From the IMG/VR virus record IMGVR_UViG_3300017987_005500: DNA of 64,000 nucleotides; one strand, 5' to 3'. A program made the position numbers and the translations under genes. This document shows positions 39,737 to 50,200 of this stretch, piece after piece. The stretch is from a virus (Duplodnaviria; Heunggongvirae; Uroviricota; Caudoviricetes). Numbering within the stretch: position 1 is the stretch's first letter; each line of letters starts with the position of its first letter. The notes under the pieces were generated by a model, which did not search any database, was not told the DNA's origin, and worked only from the letters and a program-made list of their open reading frames with translations.

Positions 39737-39908
39737 CATTTTAGATAGATTCAGTCCAAATAAATTAGGAAGAGAGTTTATCAAAACAATTGAAGAATTA
39801 TATATGTTTGAAGTTGAAGTATGCAAAGAATGTATAGTTGGTCCAATATGTGATAATATATGTCAACCTTGTAGAACTGAAATTCTTAAAAAGATGAGCT
39901 ATGAATAA
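39690..39908 (+). CDS. Small Cx2Cx5Cx3C-family protein (likely start near 39729)
   Basis: CKECIVGPICDNICQPC; tandem paralog of the preceding ORF. Confidence 0.55.
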   Translation: MKLKFKIGLGLNNMNDILDRFSPNKLGREFIKTIEELYMFEVEVCKECIVGPICDNICQPCRTEILKKMSYE

Positions 39909-40038
39909 TATTATAAATACAATAAAGAGAACTATAGAACACGCGTGGTATGTGGCAAATCCTCTTGAAAGAGCGATTTTAATATTTGGAATTATAGTAA
40001 TAATATTAGGACTTATAACACTTGCAATTAAAGGATAA
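39901..40038 (+). CDS. 45-aa single-pass membrane protein (not in the ORF track)
   Basis: MNNIINTIKRTIEHAWYVANPLERAILIFGIIVIILGLITLAIKG; fills the gap exactly. Confidence 0.55.
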   Translation: MNNIINTIKRTIEHAWYVANPLERAILIFGIIVIILGLITLAIKG

Positions 40039-40041
40039 AAA

Positions 40042-41058
40042 ATGAAATTTGCATTTACCGCTGACATTCATTTATCAGGTTATTCACAAGACAAGATTGT
40101 GAATCAATTACCCGAGAGATTAAATTCTCTTAAGAATGTGCTTTATAGTATTGCGGCACATTGCATTCAAAATGATATTCCAACAATTGTAATAGGCGGT
40201 GATACATTACATGGGAAATCTTTGATACATGCTTTAGCTCAAAGTATTATGTTAGAGTTCTTCAGAGATTTCATTGAAAAACTGGAATTTATAATTATTG
40301 ATGGAAATCATGACTTATCAGGAAAAGGCAAAGACGCTGTTTCTGCATTAAAGTCTATTGATAATGAACCAAACGTGACAAGATTTTCAAAACCTACAAT
40401 GATTCAAGATGAGATTTTCTTTGTTCCATGGTCTTATGATATGGTTGATATTATTAAGAATAATAAAGCTAAATTTCTTATTTCACATTTTGGATTAAAC
40501 GAAGGTATTTTAAATAGTGGGATGAGTATTATAGCTGACATTGGACTTCCTCAATTAGTAGGAAAATATCAACACGTTCTTTTAGGACATTATCATAAAC
40601 CTCAATCAATTATTAATAAGGATATCTCTTTACATTATGTGGGGTCTCCAATTCAAATTGACTGGGGAGAGAAGAACGAGGAAAAAAGGTTCTTAATAGT
40701 TGACACCGATAAACCGTCAATAGAGAGCATTGCAACTGAGGGTTATACAAAATATATAGAATTTTATTTAACCCCAGACAACGCGTCTGCATTAGCAGAG
40801 GAAGCTAAACAATTAAAAGACAATGGACATTTTGTAAAATTAGTAAAGACAGAAGCTATTGACACATCTTCACTTGAAACTGACTTTATTGTAGTTGATA
40901 AAACTGAAAAAGATATTACGAATCGTGGTGTTGACTCAACAATGTCAATGACTGATAAACTCGAAGCATTTCTTGCTATCAAAGAAATTCCAGAACAAGA
41001 AAGAGAAATGTATATGAAATTAGGAATGGAAATTATAGATGATTCTGTAGGAGAATAA
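40042..41058 (+). CDS. sbcD: SbcD/Mre11/gp47-like nuclease
   Basis: ADIH, GGD, GNHD, SH, LGHYH, YVGSP.Q..WGE. Confidence 0.9.
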   Translation: MKFAFTADIHLSGYSQDKIVNQLPERLNSLKNVLYSIAAHCIQNDIPTIVIGGDTLHGKSLIHALAQSIMLEFFRDFIEKLEFIIIDGNHDLSGKGKDAVSALKSIDNEPNVTRFSKPTMIQDEIFFVPWSYDMVDIIKNNKAKFLISHFGLNEGILNSGMSIIADIGLPQLVGKYQHVLLGHYHKPQSIINKDISLHYVGSPIQIDWGEKNEEKRFLIVDTDKPSIESIATEGYTKYIEFYLTPDNASALAEEAKQLKDNGHFVKLVKTEAIDTSSLETDFIVVDKTEKDITNRGVDSTMSMTDKLEAFLAIKEIPEQEREMYMKLGMEIIDDSVGE

Positions 41059-41059
41059 A

Positions 41060-42191
41060 ATGACTCAAGAATTAATAAAAGACGAACTCATAAAAAAGTT
41101 TTGTAAAGAAATTGATATGGAAAGTGAGAATGCAGAGATAAAAGAAATAACAAATGAAAAACATGAAGTTGAATTTATATTTCCTCATGATGCTATAAAA
41201 GTAGAAGAAGTACAAGAAGCAATAATTAAAACTACATATACAGTAACGGAGAGATTTAAATTTCTGATGGAACCTTAAAGGAGAATAAAATAAATGGCAG
41301 GATATTTGCAAGAAGGAACTTTAAGGAGTGCTTCATGGCAAAAGATTGTTAATTTAATATACAAACGAGAGATTAAACAAAAAATACTTAATCCTGTAGA
41401 TGAGCAATTTTATAGAGCATTATTGGAAGATAAGGATCATAAGAAATATATTGCGGTAGGGTGTTATGATAAAAATTTAAATAGACCAATTATTGAATTG
41501 AAACAATGGAGAGATTTATGAAAAAAGAAAGCAATCCAAAACCACCAACAATTAAAAAACCTTCTCCCCCACCTCCGCCTCCTAACAGATCATTTAAAGA
41601 AAGTGAGCTTCCACTAAGATCTACAGATGGAGATATATTCAGTCCAATATATCCTCCACCTAAAAGAATAATATCTGAAGATGTTAGAATATCGAATGTT
41701 ATTAAAGGAATCAAGAAAATGACAAAAAGATTATCAAGAGGTTCAACTACAAAATTTAAAGTTAAAAATATTGATCATCCATTCTTAATGCAAGCATTAT
41801 CTCATTATGAAAAGTATATAAATACATTTAAGGATGCCGAAAATCTAATAATTCCATATGAGGAAGTAAAAAGAAGATCTGATAGTTTATATTATACTTT
41901 TAATGTAGAGGAAGAATAATGAAAATAAAAGTTAAAATTGATCTTGAAGAATGTACAAATGGGTTTTTAAATAAACTAAGTTTTACTTTTAATGTTAAAT
42001 TGTATATTGACGATAAACTTATTTTTGATGTATATAACTATGATTTAAATCATGAGACTGCATTTAGTAAACTTGAGGCATTTGGAGATAAAAAAGATAA
42101 AATAGGTCAGTATGTTTCAGATTGTATACATAAAACTATAAAAAAAATATACTTTCTTGATGATTATGAAACTGAAATAAAGGAAGAATAA
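41060..42191 (+). CDS. Four hypothetical proteins between sbcD and sbcC (41060-41278, 41294-41521, 41506-41919 proline-rich, 41919-42191)
   Basis: Coupled ORFs with RBSs. Confidence 0.5.
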
Positions 42192-44398
42192 TGAAAGATA
42201 TTCAATTTTTAGCAGTTGGTCTTAAAAACTTTGGGTGTTATAGAGAAGAAGTCGTTCTTAAGTTTGAGAGCGGGAAACTATTCTTAATAACAGGACCAAA
42301 TGGTGTTGGAAAGACTACATTCTTTGATGCAATGTCATACGCTTTATATGGGAGAACCACAAAAGGTGGTACTGGAGAAGACGTAATAAACAATGAATCA
42401 AAGAATAATTGTAGATGTTGGGTGGATTTTACAGTTGATGGAGAGTTATTTAGATGTGATAGATTTGTAAAATATACAAAGATGGGTACGACTGTTCATT
42501 TGAAAAAGGGTACTGAGACTATTAAGAAAGGAAGTAAAGAGGTAATCCCTTATATTGATCAAATCTTTATGCCATACAAACTCTTTTTGAATACTCTTAT
42601 GTTTACTCAAAAGGTCAAGGATTTCTTTACTGATTTAGGGGATTCTGCTCAAAAAGAAATCTTTCGTAAAATACTTTTATTAGACAATTATATTGATTTT
42701 CAGAAAATGGCATCAAATAAGTTAAGTGATGTTCAACAATTGATTGATAAAATTGTTAGTCAAATAAAAATAGACGAAGGTGTTTTGCAAAATATATTGA
42801 CTCAAATAAAAACAGTTGAATTTCAAGAGGTAGAGTTTAACAAAACAAAAACAGAAGAATTAAATAAGATAGCTACCGAAATAAATTCTACAGATACTGA
42901 GATTGAAAAAGTTAAAACCGATTTAGATGTCTATAAAGCTTTTAATCACGATGCTCAAAAAGTGGATATTCAAAATCATTTATCAACTATTCATAGTGAG
43001 GCAGATTCTATTAAAGCTGAGATAGAGTCTAAATTAAATCTTATTGTATCTCAAAAGACAAATAAAGAGCAAGAGTTTAAACATATTGCAACACAAAAAG
43101 AATCGGATCAAAATTTAATTCTTTCAGAAAAAACAGCTGAGTGTACTAATCATAAACATGAAATTCAATTGATTTATGATAAAGTTATTAATGAAGCAGA
43201 TACTGAATACAATGCAAAATTATCGGAATGCACAGTTATCTCCAGTAAACAAGAAAGACTTGATCAAGATTTAGCAGAATATAAAGAATCATCATTTTTA
43301 GAAGAAGGATCAACCTGTCCGACTTGTAGACAGATTCTTGGTAAAGAAGCAAAAGGATATTTGGACGAAAAAATTGAAACACTGACAAATGAATTAAATA
43401 CTCTAGCACTTGAAAAAACAAGAATTCAAAAAGAAGCAACTATAGAAAGAGATGATAAAAAGAAGAAAGCTCTTGAAATTTATAATGCAGAAATTATAGA
43501 AAAAGATAATATTTTAGCTGAAGTTTCATCCAAACATGCAACTGAAATGCAAGATATTAAAACCAGATTGGATAATGTTTTAGTTAAAGTGAGTAATCGA
43601 GCAACTACTGAAATAGAAGCAATAACCAATGATGGAAATACAAGAGCTGAGAAAATTAAAGTTGAGGAATATACGGCAAATGAAAGATTAAAAGAAATAG
43701 ATGCCGAAATTGAAAAAAGAGAAAAATTAAAAATTGAACTCTCTCGACTTGAAAACGAAAGAGTTGTGTTACTTGATAGACATTCTGAAAAAGATTTAAC
43801 TGAATTTGATAAGAGCATTAAATTAAATTTAGTTGCTAATAAAAAGGAACTTGAAACTAAAATAATTAATGAAAGAAAAGAGTTACCAGCTCTTGAAAAG
43901 AAAGCAAAAATATATGAATTTTGGAAAAAGGTTGGGTTTTCATCTTCAGGTATTCCAAGTATGTTAATTGATGAGTCTATACCATTTATGAATAAAAAGG
44001 TTGCTGAATATTCTGAAAAAATTGCTGGAGGAAGATATGTAATAAGCTTTGATACACTCCAAGCAAGTAAAGATGGAAAACAATATAAAGACAAAATAAA
44101 TGTTGAAGTATATGATACACAAACTAAATCAGATAAGAGAGTTAAGTTCTCTGGTGGACAGACAAGGATTGTTGATATTGCCACAATACTAACTCTTAGA
44201 GATCTTCAAAGCAATTTTCAAAATATGAAAATTAATTTGATTTTATTTGATGAGATATTTGATTCATTGGATGATCAAAATATCAGCTATGTATCTAAAC
44301 TTCTCACTGGGTTAGTCAAAGAAGCATGTGTTGTAATCATTTCCCATAGGCATTTTGATTCAATCGAAGCTGATGAAATTTTAAGGATAGGATCTTAA
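42191..44398 (+). CDS. sbcC: SbcC/Rad50/gp46-like SMC ATPase
   Basis: GPNGVGKT, coiled coils with CPTC zinc hook, FSGGQ, LILFDEIFDSLD, ISH. Confidence 0.92.
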   Translation: MKDIQFLAVGLKNFGCYREEVVLKFESGKLFLITGPNGVGKTTFFDAMSYALYGRTTKGGTGEDVINNESKNNCRCWVDFTVDGELFRCDRFVKYTKMGTTVHLKKGTETIKKGSKEVIPYIDQIFMPYKLFLNTLMFTQKVKDFFTDLGDSAQKEIFRKILLLDNYIDFQKMASNKLSDVQQLIDKIVSQIKIDEGVLQNILTQIKTVEFQEVEFNKTKTEELNKIATEINSTDTEIEKVKTDLDVYKAFNHDAQKVDIQNHLSTIHSEADSIKAEIESKLNLIVSQKTNKEQEFKHIATQKESDQNLILSEKTAECTNHKHEIQLIYDKVINEADTEYNAKLSECTVISSKQERLDQDLAEYKESSFLEEGSTCPTCRQILGKEAKGYLDEKIETLTNELNTLALEKTRIQKEATIERDDKKKKALEIYNAEIIEKDNILAEVSSKHATEMQDIKTRLDNVLVKVSNRATTEIEAITNDGNTRAEKIKVEEYTANERLKEIDAEIEKREKLKIELSRLENERVVLLDRHSEKDLTEFDKSIKLNLVANKKELETKIINERKELPALEKKAKIYEFWKKVGFSSSGIPSMLIDESIPFMNKKVAEYSEKIAGGRYVISFDTLQASKDGKQYKDKINVEVYDTQTKSDKRVKFSGGQTRIVDIATILTLRDLQSNFQNMKINLILFDEIFDSLDDQNISYVSKLLTGLVKEACVVIISHRHFDSIEADEILRIGS

Positions 44399-44400
44399 TA

Positions 44401-44420
44401 CTATATATATTATTTTATAA
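44401..44420 (+). promoter_or_regulatory. Putative promoter, motif class A, copy 3
   Basis: CTATATATATTATTTTATAA. Confidence 0.55.
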
Positions 44421-44464
44421 TATTCATATGAGGTTATTGGTACTCTCATAGTGAAAATTCCTTC

Positions 44465-44496
44465 GGGGAAGACAATTAGAAATAATTGTCTTCCCC
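44465..44496 (+). other. Perfect 14-bp hairpin with GAAA tetraloop
   Basis: GGGGAAGACAATTA-GAAA-TAATTGTCTTCCCC. Confidence 0.75.
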
Positions 44497-44540
44497 AACA
44501 TCTTAATCTATAAACCTTTTTTGTTCCAAAAGGAGGGCAA

Positions 44541-45233
44541 TTGAAATTATGTGAATGTGGTTGTGGGAATGAAGTTTCTAATGATAAAAATAGATTTTTG
44601 AAAGGTCATAATGGTAAAAATAATAAAGGAAGAAAATGGTCTGAAGAATCTAAAAAACAATTTAATGATATAGATAATATTATATCTAGATTTGAAAGTA
44701 AAATTGAAATTGATAAAAATACAGGTTGTTGGGAATGGATAGGTGGAAAATGTCAAGGATATGGTGGGTTTAGTTGTTGCATAAAAGGAAAATATAAAAC
44801 ATATCCTGCTCACAGATTTAGTTATATGATGTATATAGGAGAAATTCCAGATGGACTTCAAATTCTTCATGAATGTAATAATAAAAGTTGTGTGAATCCA
44901 GATCATATATATGCAGGTACACATCAAGATAACATGAGAGATTTAAGAAATGCTGGAACACTTTCAGGAAAAAATAATCCAAATTATGGAAAAATTTCAT
45001 CTAAAGAAAAAAAAGAAAAAATTAAAAATGGAGTTAAAAAATGGATTTCAAATAATCCTGATTTCAAACCAGAAGAATGGACAAGTAAAGAATGGATAAT
45101 CACTAAACCAAATGGTGATGAATTAATTATTAAAAATTTAACTAAATATTGTAGAGATAATGATATCAATCTAACTAGTTGTTCTAAGGGATATTATATT
45201 AAAGATAATGGATGGAAGGTAGAAAGATTATGA
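44541..45233 (+). CDS. Free-standing HNH homing endonuclease
   Basis: LCECGCG...RFLKGHN, GCWEW.G, AHRFSY, ILHECNNKSCVNPDH..AGT..DN; TTG start with AGGAGGG RBS. Confidence 0.88.
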   Translation: MKLCECGCGNEVSNDKNRFLKGHNGKNNKGRKWSEESKKQFNDIDNIISRFESKIEIDKNTGCWEWIGGKCQGYGGFSCCIKGKYKTYPAHRFSYMMYIGEIPDGLQILHECNNKSCVNPDHIYAGTHQDNMRDLRNAGTLSGKNNPNYGKISSKEKKEKIKNGVKKWISNNPDFKPEEWTSKEWIITKPNGDELIIKNLTKYCRDNDINLTSCSKGYYIKDNGWKVERL

Positions 45234-46255
45234 ATAAAATTCATATAGTTAACTTATTAGTAACAAGAAAATGCAATCTTAGGTGCTCATATTGTGGTAT
45301 AGTAAGAAATATGAAGACATTACCAAAAACATATCCAAAGATGAAACATTATTATGATAACGAAATGAGCACTAAATTAATTTTAAATTTTCTTGAAAAA
45401 CTTAAAAACCATAATCCCGACGCATTTGTAATTATTTACGGAGGTGAGCCAATATTGCGCTCAGATTTATTTGAAATTGTGCAATATTGCAATGATCTTA
45501 AATTAGGTTATACAATTATAAGCAATAATACAATTGAACTTCAGGATAAACTTGACGACTTATTAAATACTGTACATGTTGCGGGTTATACTGCCTCAAT
45601 AGATCCACTTATTATATCTGATTCAACTGACGTTGATCGTAGAGTTAAAAGCGAACAAGGTCTTGAAAGATTACTTCAATATAAGTATATAATTAAAGAT
45701 CTTGTTGCTGAGATTACAGTTGATAAAAATAATGTTCCATATTTATATGACCTTGTTAAAAAGTTATCAGATTTGGGAATTAATAGTGATATTACATTCA
45801 TAGATACAGCTAAGAGTCCTTATTATGATTTTTCAAATATAAATGATCCAAATCTTTTGATTAAAGACACAATTGAAGTAAAGAAAATATTTGACCGAAT
45901 TATTAAAGATAATCTAGATGTACATATGGCGAAGAGTTTATTACCCAAAATAGTTGAAGCTCTTCCATCTAAATTAGACTGTAAAATGGAAAAAGATATT
46001 AATACAATATGTGTTGATGCTGATGGGACAATGAGACTTTGTCTTCGGATAAAAGGAACGTCAACACCAAGAGTAGAAATTGACAAATTATTTGCACAGA
46101 ATGGAAAATTGGATCCATTCTTTATAGACTCAATTAAAACTGACAAACAAAACTATTGTCGCTTATGTAATCATACATGTTATATTATGGGAGACCTTAT
46201 ATCCAAAGGGGTGAGTTCTTCAGAATTAGTACATGAGGACAAGAGAGGAGACTAA
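45212..46255 (+). CDS. Radical SAM protein with Twitch/SPASM-like C-terminus
   Basis: CNLRCSYC, GGEP, SID; C-terminal C..ICVDADG..LC...CRLCNHTC. Confidence 0.85.
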   Translation: MEGRKIMNKIHIVNLLVTRKCNLRCSYCGIVRNMKTLPKTYPKMKHYYDNEMSTKLILNFLEKLKNHNPDAFVIIYGGEPILRSDLFEIVQYCNDLKLGYTIISNNTIELQDKLDDLLNTVHVAGYTASIDPLIISDSTDVDRRVKSEQGLERLLQYKYIIKDLVAEITVDKNNVPYLYDLVKKLSDLGINSDITFIDTAKSPYYDFSNINDPNLLIKDTIEVKKIFDRIIKDNLDVHMAKSLLPKIVEALPSKLDCKMEKDINTICVDADGTMRLCLRIKGTSTPRVEIDKLFAQNGKLDPFFIDSIKTDKQNYCRLCNHTCYIMGDLISKGVSSSELVHEDKRGD

Positions 46256-46580
46256 AATGGAAGATGCTGGTATAATTGACAATGCTATGACATTTTTAGA
46301 AAAATTGAGAGATCCTGACGTTGAATTTGTACAAGTTAAGTTTACTAAGAAAGATGGTTCTGAAAGACTTATGAAATGTACATTAAACTTTGACAAAATA
46401 CCAAGGACAGATCAGCCCAAAAGTGTTAATTTACCAAGAATATTAAAACTTTTAAAGGATAATGGAATCATTCATGTTTATGATTTAGAGAAACAAGGAT
46501 GGAGAAGTGTCCCTTTTCGGAAAACGGAGTGGTTAATGACAGATGATAATAAACGATATAGGATAAGACCAAGGGGTTAA
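46233..46580 (+). CDS. WYL-like/SH3-fold phage protein (likely start 46257)
   Basis: V.FTKKDGSER.M.CTL..V.DLEK.GWRS. Confidence 0.7.
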   Translation: MRTREETKMEDAGIIDNAMTFLEKLRDPDVEFVQVKFTKKDGSERLMKCTLNFDKIPRTDQPKSVNLPRILKLLKDNGIIHVYDLEKQGWRSVPFRKTEWLMTDDNKRYRIRPRG

Positions 46581-46582
46581 AT

Positions 46583-46930
46583 ATGCTTTCATCAAAAATT
46601 ATCCCTTTAAGTAAAGTTATAATAGACACAACATCAGGAGAGATCTTAATAAAGTCAGACGACACTACTATTACAATTAAAGGAGTCGATTTTGAAAATG
46701 AAGTATCTAAATTTTCAAGAATTGATATTGATAGTGGTAAAGCTATTATTACTGAAACAGAGACTCGTAAATCTCCAGACTTATCTTTATTTATGGTAAA
46801 TATGTATAACATGATTTACGATGAAACACAACAAAATCCGAAATTATCAAAACATTCGGATTTATTATTCAATAATTTACTTAACCGAATGAGACAGGAA
46901 GTTAAAAAATATGGGAAAACTCTTAGATGA
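46583..46930 (+). CDS. Hypothetical protein
   Basis: Coupled ORF. Confidence 0.45.
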   Translation: MLSSKIIPLSKVIIDTTSGEILIKSDDTTITIKGVDFENEVSKFSRIDIDSGKAIITETETRKSPDLSLFMVNMYNMIYDETQQNPKLSKHSDLLFNNLLNRMRQEVKKYGKTLR

Positions 46931-47276
46931 AATTATTGGCGAACTTAAAGGAAAAGATATTGATCAACAAGTTAAAGAAATTTGTGACGAAATAACTGAA
47001 CAAGAAAAGGATTCAATTGAAAATGAAGAATTTCTTCCTGTAGGACCTAATATATTCTTAGCTCTTAGTTGCCCAGGAAGAATTAAAGGTGAAGTTGGAT
47101 TTCTGACTTTAGAAAGAGAACTTGTTGATGAGTATTTAGTTGGGTTTTGGGCAATAACACCTAAAATTCCAAATGATAAATTAAAACGATATAGAACATG
47201 GAGTGTAAAGGAAGTCAATTGTAAGCGAATTATTAGAGCATTCGCTGAGAGACTAAAGTACGTTAGAGGAGAGTAA
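46911..47276 (+). CDS. Hypothetical protein
   Basis: Coupled ORF directly upstream of the E2 gene. Confidence 0.5.
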   Translation: MGKLLDEIIGELKGKDIDQQVKEICDEITEQEKDSIENEEFLPVGPNIFLALSCPGRIKGEVGFLTLERELVDEYLVGFWAITPKIPNDKLKRYRTWSVKEVNCKRIIRAFAERLKYVRGE

Positions 47277-47281
47277 AGGTT

Positions 47282-50200
47282 ATGTCTAGTGAACATATAC
47301 GAGTTGGATTGAAAAATCCAACTGACAAAAATGAAATTGTTATTAATAGACATCATATAAGTGTTGTTAAATCTTCGACTTATTTTAACAATCGTTATAG
47401 AGACGATAAAAAATTAGATAAATGTGCAGTTGAGAGAATTGCGACTTACAATTCACGCACAAAAATTAATAATCTCCTAAGTGTAAATGACTCTGCATCT
47501 GGAGAGATCTTGCCAGCAAATTGTAGATATTTTCATAAAACAGCTAATGGCAGCACCATTCTTGTTATGGAAGAAGCTCCAAGTATAAGAACAATTAAAG
47601 TAAAATTGGATTTACTTTCTGAAGCTGTTGAACTTCAGAAAGTAGGTAAGTTAGAAAAATATGGTTATGTTGAATTCTTAGAGCAAAGTCCACCAGGACC
47701 ATATGAAATAGCTCTATCTTTTCCTTATCTGGTTTATGTAATTGATATTAATAAAGATAAAGGAGTTGAAAAATTCAATGTATATTTTAGAGTTCATCCA
47801 TTAACATCATTAGATGATTATTTGATCAGACCGTTTCTGACGAATATGGATAACTCTGAAGTATGTACAGGTAATATAAAGCTACCAAAGACAAAAGGGC
47901 GACGAACTCTCATTGATATTACTGAGACTTATATTACTGCATGGTGGGAATATGAATTTAATACAGATTTATCTGAAAATTATAATAAGTATGCAGAGAA
48001 GGGACCACCTGAATTACAGGGATATTTAAGTTGGGCATATTTCACACAATACGATCCAATGTTTATATTTTCAATTGACTGGTTAATGTATGATTATAAA
48101 TTAAGCAGTGTAATTGAAAATAAATTAGTGAATCGTGGTCAATCTTCAGGAGAATATACATTTGAGGATCTAATGAAAATGTTGACCACAACATCAAGTG
48201 GACTTCCAACACATGACCGATATACTGATAATATTATAGTTAAAGATAAAATCTTATCAGTTGGTGATGATGTAATTATAGATGATGAGTTGTTATATGT
48301 ATTAGCAATTGATTTGAATAATGCATCTGGTGAAGTAAGTGCTATATTATTTGAGGATGAAAAAGATAATGAGATTGTTAAGAAATATAACGATGAATTG
48401 AGCGAAAAGATATATGCTCATATTAATAATATCTCAGATACTTTTAATCATGGAGGTCATGAATTTAAAGTTAATGATGTTGTCGAAGTTGATATACATA
48501 ACCATGACAGCTCAATGGTTCCTCAATATAGAATATTTAAAGGGTTTCGTAAAACAAGAGATGGGATTGTTGAAGTTAGACTTGGCAAAGCTTATCATAT
48601 TGAGGAATCAATAAATATAAGACCTATTGATATGGATAAACTTACAATTGATGGGGTTAAACCTCAAAAAGATGTTAAGTATTTACTTAAACGATGCGGT
48701 TCATCTGGTTTTCAATTTACCAAGACATTTGTTGCTGAGTTTACTGAGATTAAAGTTTTGAGTTCTGGAAAAATAGCATCTATATTTAGATATACAGATG
48801 AATATGGAGATCGTCAGAAAATTAGTCTTGATATGGTTGGAACTCCATCTTACAATGTATTAGACTTGCCCAATTATTCAACTCCTGAAGTATTTATTGT
48901 TGGACGAAGATTATATACACAAAACTTAAGAGAACCATGGGCATTCTTTACAAACGATAAAAGAGATCCTATTTATTACAATAGGAAAATTCAATCCCAT
49001 AACACAAAGGAACTTATTGAATATATAACCACACAGAAAGATAGACTCTACATCCCAGGTATTCATGAGAATATAGACTTTAAAGTTGGGGATGACATTA
49101 TTGTAGCTAACTGGGAAAACCCATATGAAATGACTATTATTCAAACTATCATTAGATTTGAATATAAAAATGACAGATTTACTGGAGATTTTCATGCAAA
49201 TGTAGTATGTAAAGATCATCAAGGTATTGAAAGATGGTATACAATTGTAGAGATATCCTTAACTGGACCAAAAGTAAATGTAGGACTTATAAGGAAAGCT
49301 TATAGGACATATGATGGAATTGTTGCCGGATCTAAGATCAGAGCGAAAGTTCCAAGACTTGGAATGTTCCCAAAGAAAGATGTAAATAAGATTGTTGCTT
49401 TTATCGAAACTGGAGCAACTCCATTAATGATTTGTAGCAATTTATGTACCTTATGGGCAAATCAAGAAACATATGAAAAGTTTGACATTTTCCCACCGAC
49501 TCATCCAAAGTATTATGGAATGAAAATAGCTCCATATGACACGAAGAAGATTAAACGACAATTTGGAGATTATATCTATCACAAAGAAGATGATAGATTG
49601 TATTACAATGTCATGGAAAATAATCAATATTTGAGAGCTGTTCGAGTAGATCCTTCTTTTAGTGCAAATGATGAACTTTATAAAGGATCTGAGTTGGAAA
49701 ACAAATTAGTATATTATGGTTTTCAACTTCCAAGAATCACTCCGACTGTAAGACAGACTCTTAATTACGAAGCACAATTTCAAACTATTTATGGACCACA
49801 TATTGAAACAACGACAAGTATTGTTCCAACTTCAAGAATGATTCCAATGCCTTATGTAAATACGGAAAGGAATTTTGAATTAGAACTTGAAAGAACTGAA
49901 AATGAGATCATTCAAGTAACTCAACCAACTCCACCAACTCAAGATATTGATGAGGTTGAGGATGAGGATTTTCCTGAAGAAGAATCTGAAAAGACTATGA
50001 ATGATATTGAACAGGTTGCTAGTGGAGCTTCTTCTCCGCCAGCTCCTGCAGGAAGATTTGATAGACTTAGAGAAAGACCTCAAATGACATGGACTAATAC
50101 AGCAACATCTTCAGATTATTATAGAGAATATAATCAAGAGATTATGTTCAGACGATTACATGAACCTCAGGCATTTAGATCTTTTGACAATCCAGAGCAA

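Noticed and set aside
45212-46255. QueE (to complete the preQ0 pathway)
   Set aside because: Too long, carries a Cys-rich Twitch/SPASM-like tail, and lacks the QueE N-terminal QGEG and CDT motifs.
44541-46255. Group I intron or intein carrying the HNH within the radical SAM or sbcC gene
   Set aside because: Both flanking genes appear complete, and the HNH has its own RBS and upstream motif, so it is free-standing.
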